A stretch of 63,812 nt of DNA, the filler included, from assembly GCA_964501035.1 (NCBI GenBank). It is 4 parts of 4 records of this genome, joined end to end, with 100 filler letters (N's around TTAATTAATTAA, not from the genome) between each part and the next. Parts side by side here need not be neighbours in the genome. Positions count along the whole stretch, not along the records: positions 17,997 to 35,439 come from CAZCRK010000032.1; 3 more parts are not named here. The stretch is one strand, 5' to 3'. Of this stretch, positions 20,901-30,224 are shown in pieces. Position 1 is the first letter of the stretch, and each line of letters starts with the position of its first letter. The notes under the pieces were generated by a model. The model had not been told where the DNA came from. It did not search any database and saw only the letters and a list, made by a program, of their open reading frames with translations. The translations under genes and the position numbers were made by a program.

Positions 20901-22204
20901 GATTTTCTCGAAACTTAAATTTAAATAATAGTTACTTTGAAGTATTTAGTCAGGGTTCAGAGACTATATCCAATTACTGGGTAAGCTCTGCAATGAGAAA
21001 TGGAGAGTCTTTAACATATCAATGTAATAACTGTTATGGAGATGAATCCTATAGAACTGAGGATGTTTTTGTTTCTCTTCAAGGTGGTGAAAGTGGAGAT
21101 GGCTTTCAGGCAACCCCATTTAATTCTATTTCTAAAGCTTTACGTGTAACTTATGGTAATAGCGATCAAAATGCAGTTATTCACATTGCTCCTGGAGAAT
21201 ACAGTACTCAAACCGGTGAAGTATTTCCCTTACCTATAGTGAACTGGGTTACCCTTAATTCGCCTGATGGTGCGGTCATTAATTCAGGGGAAGATGATGC
21301 ATTTGTTTGGGATGATATTTGGGGCTCAAATATGTTTGGTTTAGATTTAACTAGTACATCGTCACAACAAGTACTAGGGTGTAGCGATCCATTAGCAATT
21401 AATTATAACTCTCAATCGGTTGTAAATGATGGAAGTTGTATTTATGGAATTTCAGGTGATGTACTTGAAGATGGTATTATAAATGTATCAGATATTATTC
21501 TCTTGGTTGCCATTATTCTTGATGAAGTAAATCCATCCTCATATATGTTAGCAACAGGTGATTTAAATCAAGATGGTATATTAAATGTGGTTGATATTAT
21601 TGCAATTGTGGATATCATATTAGCTCGTGAAGTTATTGAATCATCTTCTATTGAGAATGCAAGTATTCAAAACTTTGATAATCAAATTTTTATAGATTCT
21701 GACGGTGGAATTGCAGGTCTGCAAATTGAATATATAGGAGATTTTAATTTGATTTCCCATGAGCTATCTAATGATTGGAATATTTCATTTAATGACCATA
21801 TAATACTTGTTTTCAATGTAAATGGTGAAACACTACCAAATGGTAAAATTTTAACATTTAATGGAAACTTAGAAATTCAAGAATCGATAGCTGTTGATTG
21901 GTTTCAAAATTCAGTTATGGTCGATGTTCAGAACTTACCATCTTCCACAAGTTTGTTACCTAGTTATCCAAATCCATTTAATCCAAGTGTAAATATTCAC
22001 TTTACTTTGAACCATGAATCTCAGGTGAGTGTTGATATATACAATATTGCCGGGCAAAAAGTCGTGGAACTTTTTAGTGGAGTTAAATCTGGGGGATATC
22101 ATCACTTGAATTGGGATGCGAATGATTTTGCGAGTGGGATGTATATTGTTAAATTGGTTTCAAACTCAAATATATCTTCCCAAAAAGTATTATTAATGAA
22201 GTAA
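17999..22204 (+). CDS. Large secreted protein (5'-truncated): duplicated beta-helix/DUF1565-like region, Cys-rich repeats, cadherin-like module, dockerin-like domain, degenerate cohesin-like module and PNPFNP C-terminal sorting tail
   Basis: Frame is open from the contig start (QDCAGVWGGTAQLDECDVCDGDGSTC...). RGGGGVVGDDIGIDEFRDE occurs twice; GDVLEDGIINVSDII...GDLNQDGILNVVDII; IAGLQIEY; YPNPFNPS...ASGMYIVKL...QKVLLMK. Confidence 0.8.
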   Translation, partial: QDCAGVWGGTAQLDECDVCDGDGSTCNLDHTYISVPSDFNLIKDAIASAEPGDTIIVDDGIYSENLTIDKPIVLASQFLLDGDPSHIPNTVIDGGSPVDQNKASVILFHTNDTSYVGSTPEVHGFTLKNGYGTLVYKQNQDGTVGSGVVGGGFLILNMCPILNNNHIRNNGESTQRGTRASRGGGGVVGDDIGIDEFRDEDRNPTLECGELDFSTNIFTENKADVGKSFHVSGSSQTINLRNGNFDVFSEGQGASNYWFSRGPSAGSTIAYDFAGGSGDTPALDGEIFVNGSNGSDETGNGTEDNPFQTVSYALSLVYGEADSEVSIIIADGTYSESMGEDFPLTFVDFVNLFGSSNVDFDDLDDIFDWEDMEESGMYGFEFGDDDLDDWEDEFDDMEFGCTNPNAQNYDEDAEFNDGTCYFGTDYQQPYCGDGYCDYNELIYNCPEDCDQSSGQNYYCGDGECNPGEEEHCESDCENAEGYGAQNQQVHTDEDNAVQICLETHTNENNCGNGFCENTWGENLYNCPQDCGEQPACENGFILDCDGSGDCFPESWIGDGYPDCADQQFGADLSCYDNDGGDCNGALNYNPHGKEKFESGKIRQVNNSNENSERDGDIVFSLVEAPENGTLGEFSGACITYTPFLNYNGPDHFRFQVSDDDYTSNIANVVIIVHEVNDAPEVIFEVGNQIVNIGDNPLQFDLSQIFTDIDNQFQSLTFSISLSNNLFSSSTNANFLYLSDFNIAGTETVLVSAYDNNGASASTSFSVTVNEQTSDFTYVPDDVTTINEAIFRAEVGDTIIVRNGVYFENLVIDKPVHILSEYFIDENVEHIANTVIDGRNAEKSVVLFHTNNPDFIGSTPELSGFTLQYGLGTSVFYSETDTTYIAGGGFLVLNMCPVITHNKIKNNGFLLDNRGTRATRGGGGVVGDDIGIDEFRDEPIPLVCESIDISNNRFVGNDALLGKDLHFTGFSRNLNLNNSYFEVFSQGSETISNYWVSSAMRNGESLTYQCNNCYGDESYRTEDVFVSLQGGESGDGFQATPFNSISKALRVTYGNSDQNAVIHIAPGEYSTQTGEVFPLPIVNWVTLNSPDGAVINSGEDDAFVWDDIWGSNMFGLDLTSTSSQQVLGCSDPLAINYNSQSVVNDGSCIYGISGDVLEDGIINVSDIILLVAIILDEVNPSSYMLATGDLNQDGILNVVDIIAIVDIILAREVIESSSIENASIQNFDNQIFIDSDGGIAGLQIEYIGDFNLISHELSNDWNISFNDHIILVFNVNGETLPNGKILTFNGNLEIQESIAVDWFQNSVMVDVQNLPSSTSLLPSYPNPFNPSVNIHFTLNHESQVSVDIYNIAGQKVVELFSGVKSGGYHHLNWDANDFASGMYIVKLVSNSNISSQKVLLMK

Positions 22205-22228
22205 TAACTAAAAAATAAATCTAATTTA

Positions 22229-22260
22229 AAAGCCTCTGAACATTCAGAGGCTTTGTTTTT
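22229..22260 (+). terminator. Intrinsic terminator
   Basis: AAAGCCTCTGAA-CA-TTCAGAGGCTTT followed by GTTTTT. Confidence 0.85.
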
Positions 22261-22311
22261 TACAAGAAGATGTTGAAAATTATACTATATGATTTTGAAA
22301 AGTTTTAACCA

Positions 22312-23826
22312 ATGACAGACAAAGTAAATAGTAGAAAAGTAACTATCATGTTTACGGATATGGTTGGTTATAGTAAATTAACAGGAAGAGATCAAAAACT
22401 TGCTCTCTCCTTATTAAAAGAACATGATAAGATTCTAGAACATGCTATATCCCATCATTCTGGAAGGATAATAAAACATATAGGTGATGCAGTATTTGCA
22501 GAATTCACTAAAACTTATGACGCTGTTCATTGTGGTATTGATATCCAAAACCAAATTAAAAAGAGAAATGATTTAAATTCAAAAGATAGAGAAATACTCA
22601 TTCGGGTTGGAATTCACTTTGGAGAAGTATTTGAAAAAAATGATGATGTATATGGTGATGGTGTAAATATTGCATCTCAAATTGAACCTATAGCACCAAC
22701 CGGTGGTATTGCAGTGAGTGAAACTGTAAATCAAGCTATAAAAAATGAAAGTGATATTTATTCTCAAGAATATACTACGTTTACTCCCAAAGGAAGCACT
22801 AAAAAGTTAACTCTATATCAAGTATTTATACATATTTTGGATTGGATGGATGAGGCGAGTACGCAAGAAAGCAATGAAAATACATATGATTTATCGACCG
22901 CAAGGAAACTTTCTGAAAATGGGGATTATTCTTCTGCATTAAAAAGTGCAATGATTTCTGGCTCGTCATTAAATCAAACAGATAAACGGCATTTAGAATC
23001 AAAACTGTTTATTTCGAATTTGTTAAATATACTAGGTCAGTCTGATTTAGTTTTAAAAAACATAAGTGAATTAGAAGAAATATTTAATTCAAAATTAAGC
23101 ACATTACAACATGCAGAACTTCATAAGTTAAAAGCAGAAGTTTATTTTAATAAAAGTGTAACCAAACATTCAGTTTCTGAATGCGAAAGTGCAATAGATT
23201 TATTAAAAGATACTCCTGGAGAACTTTTGGATGAAGTGATTTACTTGTTCTGTTATATCCATATTAAATCAAATAAAATTGAAGAGTGTTCTTCTTTGTT
23301 GAAATTTAGGTCAAACGATGAAAATTCACATGCACAACTTATTTTGAGTGGGATTGAATTAATTGTTAAATGTAAAAACAAGGAAGCAGAAATTGCTATC
23401 GTGGAAGATTTTTATAAATTGATTAAAACAACATGTAAAAATTCTCATTGTTGTGCGCATGTGTTTTGGCTGATTTGTAAGGCGTATTTGATATTAAATG
23501 AGAACGACTTAGCATTGGAAGCCCAAGAAGAAGCTCAAATTCAATTATTGGCAGCTCAAGATAAAATTTCTGATTTTTATATGAGAAATGATTTTGTTAA
23601 AAAAAATATTATTCACCAAGATATTATGAAAGACTTGCATTTTGAAACGTCGGATTATGATTTAGAATTAAATGAATTTGGTGAAGATATGGAATTTGAG
23701 GTTGAAGATGATGATTCAAACGATTCCACAAGTTCATCATTCTTTCAATTTTGTCCGAATTGTGGTAACAACAATCAAGATCAGTTTCAATTTTGTCCAA
23801 ATTGCGGATGCAATTTATCAAACTGA
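22312..23826 (+). CDS. Class III adenylate/guanylate cyclase-domain protein with helical region and C-terminal double zinc ribbon
   Basis: MFTDMVGYS, KHIGDAV, RVGIHFG, DVYGDGVNIAS; C-terminal FCPNCG...FCPNCG. Confidence 0.85.
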   Translation: MTDKVNSRKVTIMFTDMVGYSKLTGRDQKLALSLLKEHDKILEHAISHHSGRIIKHIGDAVFAEFTKTYDAVHCGIDIQNQIKKRNDLNSKDREILIRVGIHFGEVFEKNDDVYGDGVNIASQIEPIAPTGGIAVSETVNQAIKNESDIYSQEYTTFTPKGSTKKLTLYQVFIHILDWMDEASTQESNENTYDLSTARKLSENGDYSSALKSAMISGSSLNQTDKRHLESKLFISNLLNILGQSDLVLKNISELEEIFNSKLSTLQHAELHKLKAEVYFNKSVTKHSVSECESAIDLLKDTPGELLDEVIYLFCYIHIKSNKIEECSSLLKFRSNDENSHAQLILSGIELIVKCKNKEAEIAIVEDFYKLIKTTCKNSHCCAHVFWLICKAYLILNENDLALEAQEEAQIQLLAAQDKISDFYMRNDFVKKNIIHQDIMKDLHFETSDYDLELNEFGEDMEFEVEDDDSNDSTSSSFFQFCPNCGNNNQDQFQFCPNCGCNLSN

Positions 23827-24434
23827 AGTTAAATAATAACACAAAACTTCAATTACAACAGTTTTCCCTGTTTTGGATTTTAATTAGTTTTTATTTTATA
23901 ATTCCATTCGTTTCAAATACAAAAGCACCACCTCAATTATTTCTAGATATTGATAGTAAAATTCCATTTGTTTGGTGGCTGATATTACCATATTATTTTC
24001 ATTATATTGCAATTATAATTCCACCTTTTCTAAAATGGGAAAGAGATCAATTTAAACATTTAACACAAATTTTATACATATCTACAATCTTCTGTTATAT
24101 AGTATTTGTATTATGGCCAATTGGATCGGGGAATTTGGAATCAACAATTACACCCAATTTGTTTGATGGATTATTTAGGACCATTGACTTACACTGGCAT
24201 AAGCAAAATTATTTTCCTTCGTTGCATGTAGTCGCATCAGGAATTATTGGGCTTTGTATTGGGTCTAAGTTTCCTAAATGGAAGGTGTGGATGTGGGGGT
24301 ATGTATTTATTATATTTTTATCAACATTTCTAACAAAACAACACTTTATTGCAGATTCTATATCTGGACTTATCATTGCAATATTAGGGTGGAAATATTG
24401 GCTAGTTAAAGTTAAAATCACGTCAAAAATTTGA
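23793..24434 (+). CDS. PAP2-superfamily membrane phosphatase/phosphotransferase
   Basis: FPSLHV and STFLTKQHFIAD motifs with multiple TM helices; start uncertain. Confidence 0.75.
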   Translation: MSKLRMQFIKLKLNNNTKLQLQQFSLFWILISFYFIIPFVSNTKAPPQLFLDIDSKIPFVWWLILPYYFHYIAIIIPPFLKWERDQFKHLTQILYISTIFCYIVFVLWPIGSGNLESTITPNLFDGLFRTIDLHWHKQNYFPSLHVVASGIIGLCIGSKFPKWKVWMWGYVFIIFLSTFLTKQHFIADSISGLIIAILGWKYWLVKVKITSKI

Positions 24435-24496
24435 TTCAATATTGTTTATAAATATGAGTAAATTTATGCTTTCCAATTTCCATAAAATGGTAGAAT

Positions 24497-25237
24497 TTGC
24501 CACAAAAAAGATTTAAACTAAACATAATGTACGACGGAACAGACTTTTTAGGTTGGCAGATCCAAGCTAAAGGCAGAACGGTTCAGGGGGATATTGAAAG
24601 TGCATTACAGGCCATATATTCAAAGAATATTTCATTATTTGGTTCTGGTCGTACCGACTCTGGTGTGCATGCATATGGACAAATAGCTCATTTTGATGTT
24701 GAAACAACAATGTCAAATAGTCAAATTGTTAAAGCACTCAATTCACACCTAAAAAATGATGTATGGGTTTCTGATTGTAAAGAGATTAATTCAGACTTTC
24801 ATGCTCGATTTTCAGCAAGAAAAAGAGAATATATTTATAAGATTTCAACGATGTATACACCATTTAATAGACATACATCTTGGGTGCTAAAATGGGATGT
24901 TGATATTGAAAATATGAATAAATGTGCAGAACTTATATTGGGTAAACATGATTTTACGAGTTTTTGCAAAGCAACAGCAGAAGTTAAAGATAAAATATGT
25001 TCAATATTTTCTGCTGAGTGGGAGAAAAATGGAGAAGAGCTATCTTTCAATATTACTGCAAATAGATTTTTGCAACATATGGTTCGGTTTTTAGTAGGCA
25101 CTATGGTTGAAGTTGGACGTGGAAGATATTCCATTGACGATTTTACACAATTTCTTAATGGAAAACATCCAACATTATCAGTTGTAAGAGCGCCAGCCCA
25201 TGGACTTTTTTTAAAAAATGTGAGTTATGAAAACTAG
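24497..25237 (+). CDS. truA: tRNA pseudouridine(38-40) synthase
   Basis: YDGTDFLGWQ, GRTDSGVHA, FHARFSA, FLQHMVR. Confidence 0.96.
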   Translation: MPQKRFKLNIMYDGTDFLGWQIQAKGRTVQGDIESALQAIYSKNISLFGSGRTDSGVHAYGQIAHFDVETTMSNSQIVKALNSHLKNDVWVSDCKEINSDFHARFSARKREYIYKISTMYTPFNRHTSWVLKWDVDIENMNKCAELILGKHDFTSFCKATAEVKDKICSIFSAEWEKNGEELSFNITANRFLQHMVRFLVGTMVEVGRGRYSIDDFTQFLNGKHPTLSVVRAPAHGLFLKNVSYEN

Positions 25238-26357
25238 TTTAAAAATTATCACTATATTAGTTTGTTTTGCGTTTGGATTTTGGCTTTTAACAAAAAACTC
25301 GATTCCAACAAATGATATTGAATTATCACGATTCACAGCAATAACCCGTGCAATTGAAGTAGCATCCCCATCAGTAGTTGGAATTAATGTCACTCAACTC
25401 AAAAAACAACGTGCAGTCAATCCTTTTAGTAATCCATTTTGGGGTAGTTTTTTCCCTTATACACGTACATACGAAGTTGAAAGTTTAGGGTCAGGTGTAA
25501 TTATAAGTTCTGATGGATATGTAGTTACGAATACACATGTTGTAGAAAATGCACATGAAATAATTGTTACTCTAATGGGTGGGGACAGATATCAAGCTGA
25601 ATTGATTGGTTCAGATCAGTTAACCGATTTAGCGTTATTAAAAATTGATGGAAATGTATTCCCATCTGCTTCATTAGGAGATTCTGATGAGCTCATAGTC
25701 GGTGAATGGGCAATCGCTTTAGGCAATCCATTGGGACTCTTTTCAGTGTCTGAACAACCTACTGCAACATCGGGCATTATAAGTGGTGTAAACATGGATT
25801 TTGGTTTAAAAGAATCCGGACATGTGTATCAAGATATGATTCAAACAGATGCATCCATCAATCCGGGAAATAGTGGTGGTCCTTTGGTCAATGCATTGGG
25901 GAATGTTATTGCGATAAATACGTTTATAATGACGGGGTCAAACCGAACAACCGGTTCTATTGGAATTGGGTTTGCAATTCCAATTAATCGGGTAAAGGAA
26001 GTCACAGAAGATTTGAAAAAGTATGGTAAAGTTGAAAGAAATTATACAACGGGTGTTCACGTTCAAAAAATTGATAAAATTATCCAACAATACTTTAATT
26101 TACCCACATCAGATGGAGTGATAGTTACTGATATTGAAGAACAATCAAGTGGGGAACAAGCAGGATTACAAATAGGCGACGTAATTTTACATGTTGATTC
26201 AAAAAAAGTGAATAGTCCACAAGATATAATCAGAGTAATCGATGAAGGATTTCACAAAGTGGGTGATGTCATTGATTTAAATGTATTGAGAGATGGTGAA
26301 TTATTAGAAATTCCATTAACTCTTGAAGAGCCAAAATCAAAATTATGGGGATTTTAA
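25227..26357 (+). CDS. HtrA/DegQ-like serine protease with one PDZ domain
   Basis: GSGVII, TNTHVV, DLALLK, QTDASINPGNSGG. Confidence 0.92.
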   Translation: MKTSLKIITILVCFAFGFWLLTKNSIPTNDIELSRFTAITRAIEVASPSVVGINVTQLKKQRAVNPFSNPFWGSFFPYTRTYEVESLGSGVIISSDGYVVTNTHVVENAHEIIVTLMGGDRYQAELIGSDQLTDLALLKIDGNVFPSASLGDSDELIVGEWAIALGNPLGLFSVSEQPTATSGIISGVNMDFGLKESGHVYQDMIQTDASINPGNSGGPLVNALGNVIAINTFIMTGSNRTTGSIGIGFAIPINRVKEVTEDLKKYGKVERNYTTGVHVQKIDKIIQQYFNLPTSDGVIVTDIEEQSSGEQAGLQIGDVILHVDSKKVNSPQDIIRVIDEGFHKVGDVIDLNVLRDGELLEIPLTLEEPKSKLWGF

Positions 26358-27650
26358 ATGATAGATAGATATACAACTCCTGAAATGGGGCATATTTGGT
26401 CGGATCAAAATAAATACAAAACGTGGCAAGATGTAGAAATCACTGTTACAGAAGTGCTCAGTGATATGGGAAAAGTACCCAAAGAAGCTGTGGAAGTAAT
26501 TAAAGAAAAAGCTTCATTTTCTGTTGAAAGAATTTTAGAAATTGAAGAGACAACCCATCATGATGTAATTGCATTTCTTACAAATTTGGCTGAAAATATT
26601 GGACCTGAATCTCGATTTATTCACATGGGGATGACATCATCTGATTTACTTGATACAAGCACTGCCTTACTGTGTAAAGAGGCTGGTGAGTTAATTTTAG
26701 AAAAGTTAATTTTATTTAAAGATATACTCAGAAAAAAAGCAAGTGAGCACAAGGAAACATTTCAAATTGGTCGTTCGCATGGTATTCACGCTGAACCAAT
26801 TACATTTGGATTAAAAATTGCATTATGGAGTGAAGAATTTACACGACATATTGAGCGTTGGGAAGAGGCTGTAAAGAGTATTGCAACCGGAAAAATTTCT
26901 GGTGCTGTGGGAACATACCAACACCTAGATCCATCTGTTGAAGAAGAGGCTTGCAAAAGACTTGGGCTAAGTCCTGCCACCGTCTCTAGTCAAGTTGTGC
27001 AACGAGACCATCACGCACATTATATGACTATTCTAGCACTCATTGGTGCGAGCATAGAAAAAATTGCTGTTGAAATTCGACATATGCAACGGACTGAAGT
27101 ATTAGAAGCTGAAGAGTTTTTTTCAAAAGGGCAAAAAGGGTCTTCAGCAATGCCGCATAAACGAAATCCCATTATTACTGAACGAATGACTGGATTTGCT
27201 CGGTTACTGAGAGCAAATGCTCATGCTGCTCTTGAGAATGTTGCTCTTTGGCATGAAAGAGACATTTCCCACTCATCCGTTGAACGAGTGATAATACCTG
27301 ATTCAACTATTATGATGGACTATATGCTCAATAAAATGATTGCCTTAATGGATAATTTGTTAGTGTATCCTGATAATATGATGAAAAACTTAAACCTAAC
27401 AGGTGGACTTATTTTTAGTCAAGAGGTTCTCTTAGCGTTGGTGAATAAAGGAGTAACTCGCGAAAACGCCTATGCTATGGTTCAACGAAATGCAATGCAA
27501 GTTTGGGAAGAGGGTAAAGATTTTAAAAAATTATTAATGAATGATTCTGAAATTATGAATTTGATGAATGAATCTGAAATTGAAACCCTGTTTGATTTGA
27601 ATAAAGTACTAATTAATATTAACAAAGTATTTAAGAGATTGGAGCTATAA
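26358..27650 (+). CDS. purB: Adenylosuccinate lyase
   Basis: GSSAMPHKRNP, GRSHGIHAEP, WHERDISHS. Confidence 0.97.
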   Translation: MIDRYTTPEMGHIWSDQNKYKTWQDVEITVTEVLSDMGKVPKEAVEVIKEKASFSVERILEIEETTHHDVIAFLTNLAENIGPESRFIHMGMTSSDLLDTSTALLCKEAGELILEKLILFKDILRKKASEHKETFQIGRSHGIHAEPITFGLKIALWSEEFTRHIERWEEAVKSIATGKISGAVGTYQHLDPSVEEEACKRLGLSPATVSSQVVQRDHHAHYMTILALIGASIEKIAVEIRHMQRTEVLEAEEFFSKGQKGSSAMPHKRNPIITERMTGFARLLRANAHAALENVALWHERDISHSSVERVIIPDSTIMMDYMLNKMIALMDNLLVYPDNMMKNLNLTGGLIFSQEVLLALVNKGVTRENAYAMVQRNAMQVWEEGKDFKKLLMNDSEIMNLMNESEIETLFDLNKVLININKVFKRLEL

Positions 27651-27652
27651 GA

Positions 27653-28594
27653 TTGAGTAAAATACAAGAACAATTACAACACACTTTAAATGATTTTTCA
27701 ATTGATTTAGGAACACATTATAAAGGGAAGGTTAGAGATAATTTCTTATTGGAAGATAAAATGATTATGGTAACTTCGGATAGAGTATCAGCTTTTGATC
27801 ATGTCCTTGGAACCATACCATTTAAGGGACAAATATTAACTCAAATTGCTAATTTTTGGTTTGAGAAAACAAAACACATAGCACCAAATCATATCATCAC
27901 AACCCCTGACCCTCAAGTGTTAGTGGCAAAGAAAGCTAAAACACTACCTGTTGAAGTTATTGTTAGAGGATATATAACAGGAAGTTTATGGAGAGAATAT
28001 TCAAGTGGTATTAATGGCCAGTATGGATTTGATTTACCTGAGGGTTTAAAAGAAAATCAGAAATTTGATACACCAATTTTAACACCATCAACTAAAGCTG
28101 AATATGGTTTACATGATGAACCAATTTCGCGTGAAAAAATTGTTAATGGATTAGTTGAAGAAGAAATTTATGCAAAAGCAGAAGACTATGCATTGCAGTT
28201 ATTCTCTGCTGGACAAGACTGGGCCGAAAAACAGGGTCTAATTTTGGTTGATACAAAGTATGAGTTTGGAATAGTAGATGATGAATTAATTGTTATTGAT
28301 GAAATTCATACCCCAGATTCAAGCAGATATTGGGTTGCAAATGAATATGAAGCACGCTACAATGCTGGTAAATCTCAGCTAATGTTAGATAAAGAAAATA
28401 TTAGACAATGGTTGATTGATAGAGGGTTCTCTGGGGAGGGTACACCACCAGAATTATCCGATGAAATTCGAATTTCACTCTCCAAAAGGTACATGGAATT
28501 GTTTGCTCAGTTAACTGGTGAAGAATTTATCCCAGAAACTGGAAATGTGAATGAACGAATTATAAATAATTTAACCAAAGTTGGTATTCTATAA
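27653..28594 (+). CDS. purC: SAICAR synthetase
   Basis: GKVRD, SDRVSAFD, DTKYEFG, DEIHTPDSSRYW. Confidence 0.96.
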   Translation: MSKIQEQLQHTLNDFSIDLGTHYKGKVRDNFLLEDKMIMVTSDRVSAFDHVLGTIPFKGQILTQIANFWFEKTKHIAPNHIITTPDPQVLVAKKAKTLPVEVIVRGYITGSLWREYSSGINGQYGFDLPEGLKENQKFDTPILTPSTKAEYGLHDEPISREKIVNGLVEEEIYAKAEDYALQLFSAGQDWAEKQGLILVDTKYEFGIVDDELIVIDEIHTPDSSRYWVANEYEARYNAGKSQLMLDKENIRQWLIDRGFSGEGTPPELSDEIRISLSKRYMELFAQLTGEEFIPETGNVNERIINNLTKVGIL

Positions 28595-29235
28595 TGATTG
28601 CACCTGAAGGAAAGATTATTTTAATTCCTATAATATGTCTTGTTCTAATTGGGACTGGAATTCAAATATACTTTCAGATTAATGCACTGAAATGGGTGAA
28701 CATTTCAATGGCATTGTTAACCGTATTTTGTCTGTATTTCTTTCGAGATCCAGTTCGTAGCGTGGATGATAAAATAGATAATTTTCTTTCACCTGCTGAT
28801 GGTAAAATTGTAAAAATTATAGATGTAAATGATCCTGTGTTAGGTGATGCAAAACAAATTTCAATTTTTCTATCTGTGTTTAATGTACATTGTCAACGTG
28901 TTCCAATTGATGCGAAGGTTGTTGATTATACGTACAATTATGGAAAGTTCTTTGCAGCATTTAAGCATAAGGCATCGTTGGACAATGAGCAGACCATTAC
29001 ACTGTTTGAAACCCAAGACGGAAATCAGTTTAAGATCAAACAAATTGCAGGTTGGATTGCACGAAGGATTGTGAATTACATGAAACCTGGTGTTTCTGTG
29101 AATAGAGGTGACCGACTTGGATTTATTCGTTTTGGGTCGCGAGTTGATATTATCGTACCAGCAGATTTTAAAATCAATGTAAATTTGGATGATGTTGTTC
29201 AAGGTAATAAAACAGTGATTGGTACATTCAAATGA
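28594..29235 (+). CDS. psd: Phosphatidylserine decarboxylase proenzyme
   Basis: FFRDP, SPADG, FNVH, GFIRFGSRVD self-cleavage motif. Confidence 0.93.
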   Translation: MIAPEGKIILIPIICLVLIGTGIQIYFQINALKWVNISMALLTVFCLYFFRDPVRSVDDKIDNFLSPADGKIVKIIDVNDPVLGDAKQISIFLSVFNVHCQRVPIDAKVVDYTYNYGKFFAAFKHKASLDNEQTITLFETQDGNQFKIKQIAGWIARRIVNYMKPGVSVNRGDRLGFIRFGSRVDIIVPADFKINVNLDDVVQGNKTVIGTFK

Positions 29236-29966
29236 AAATGAGACATCATTTACCTAGTTTGTTCACGTTGCTAAATCTGTTCTTAGGGTTTTTGGCAATA
29301 CTAAATACACAAGCAGGAAATGTAGAAATTGCATGCTACTTAATTTTGTTTGCTGGAGCATTTGATTCTATTGATGGTAAATTAGCAAGATTATTTGGTA
29401 TAACCAGTAATTTTGGTAAAGAGATAGATTCATTGGCAGATATGGTTTCGTTTTGTCTTGCTCCATCTGTTCTGATCTACCATTTATACACTCAAAACAT
29501 GCCAGGGTTGTCAGGTGAGATAATAGCATCTACTCCTATGATTATGGGGGCAATTCGTTTGGCTCGATTTAACATAGAATCAACTGAACAACCATCTGCA
29601 TTTTTCACAGGATTGCCAACACCTGTAAATGCTTTAGCTATTGCTTCATTAGTATTGTTTATTGAGCATATCAAATTGGGAAACCCAGAGTATTCTCAGC
29701 CTAGATTACTTTTACCGATAATATTTTCAACATCATTTTTGATGGTAAGTAGGGTTAAATATGCCAAATTTCCATTATTGAATTTATCTTCAGGAAAATC
29801 AAATACTTTTGCGTTGGTGGGTGTAGGTTTATTTACTGTTTTGTTTTTTGCATCGTTTCTTTGGAATATGCAGTACAGAGTGTTAATGTTTTTTGTAAGC
29901 TATTATATTGTTATGGGGATTATCAGACATTTCTTGAACCATAATAAGGAAATAAAGGAAAGTTAG
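29232..29966 (+). CDS. pssA: CDP-diacylglycerol--serine O-phosphatidyltransferase
   Basis: DSIDGKLAR...FGKEIDSLADMVSF, RLARFN, FTGLP. Confidence 0.92.
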   Translation: MKMRHHLPSLFTLLNLFLGFLAILNTQAGNVEIACYLILFAGAFDSIDGKLARLFGITSNFGKEIDSLADMVSFCLAPSVLIYHLYTQNMPGLSGEIIASTPMIMGAIRLARFNIESTEQPSAFFTGLPTPVNALAIASLVLFIEHIKLGNPEYSQPRLLLPIIFSTSFLMVSRVKYAKFPLLNLSSGKSNTFALVGVGLFTVLFFASFLWNMQYRVLMFFVSYYIVMGIIRHFLNHNKEIKES

Positions 29967-29975
29967 GAAGGTATC

Positions 29976-30224
29976 ATGAAAGCTAAAATTTATGTAAAAT
30001 ATAAAGATGGAATTTTAGATCCACAGGGGAAAACTGCAGGTCATGCATTAAAATCAATGGGTATTGATGGTTTCGAAGATATGATGATTGGAAAATATAT
30101 CGAAATGACATTTGACAATATGGACAAGGCAAAAGCTGAAACAGTGACAGATGAAGCATGCAGGAAATTACTTGCAAATCCAAATACTGAATCATATTCT
30201 TTTGAAATTGTGGAGAGTGAATGA
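29976..30224 (+). CDS. purS: FGAM synthase subunit PurS
   Basis: ILDPQG, GKYIE, LLANP. Confidence 0.94.
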   Translation: MKAKIYVKYKDGILDPQGKTAGHALKSMGIDGFEDMMIGKYIEMTFDNMDKAKAETVTDEACRKLLANPNTESYSFEIVESE

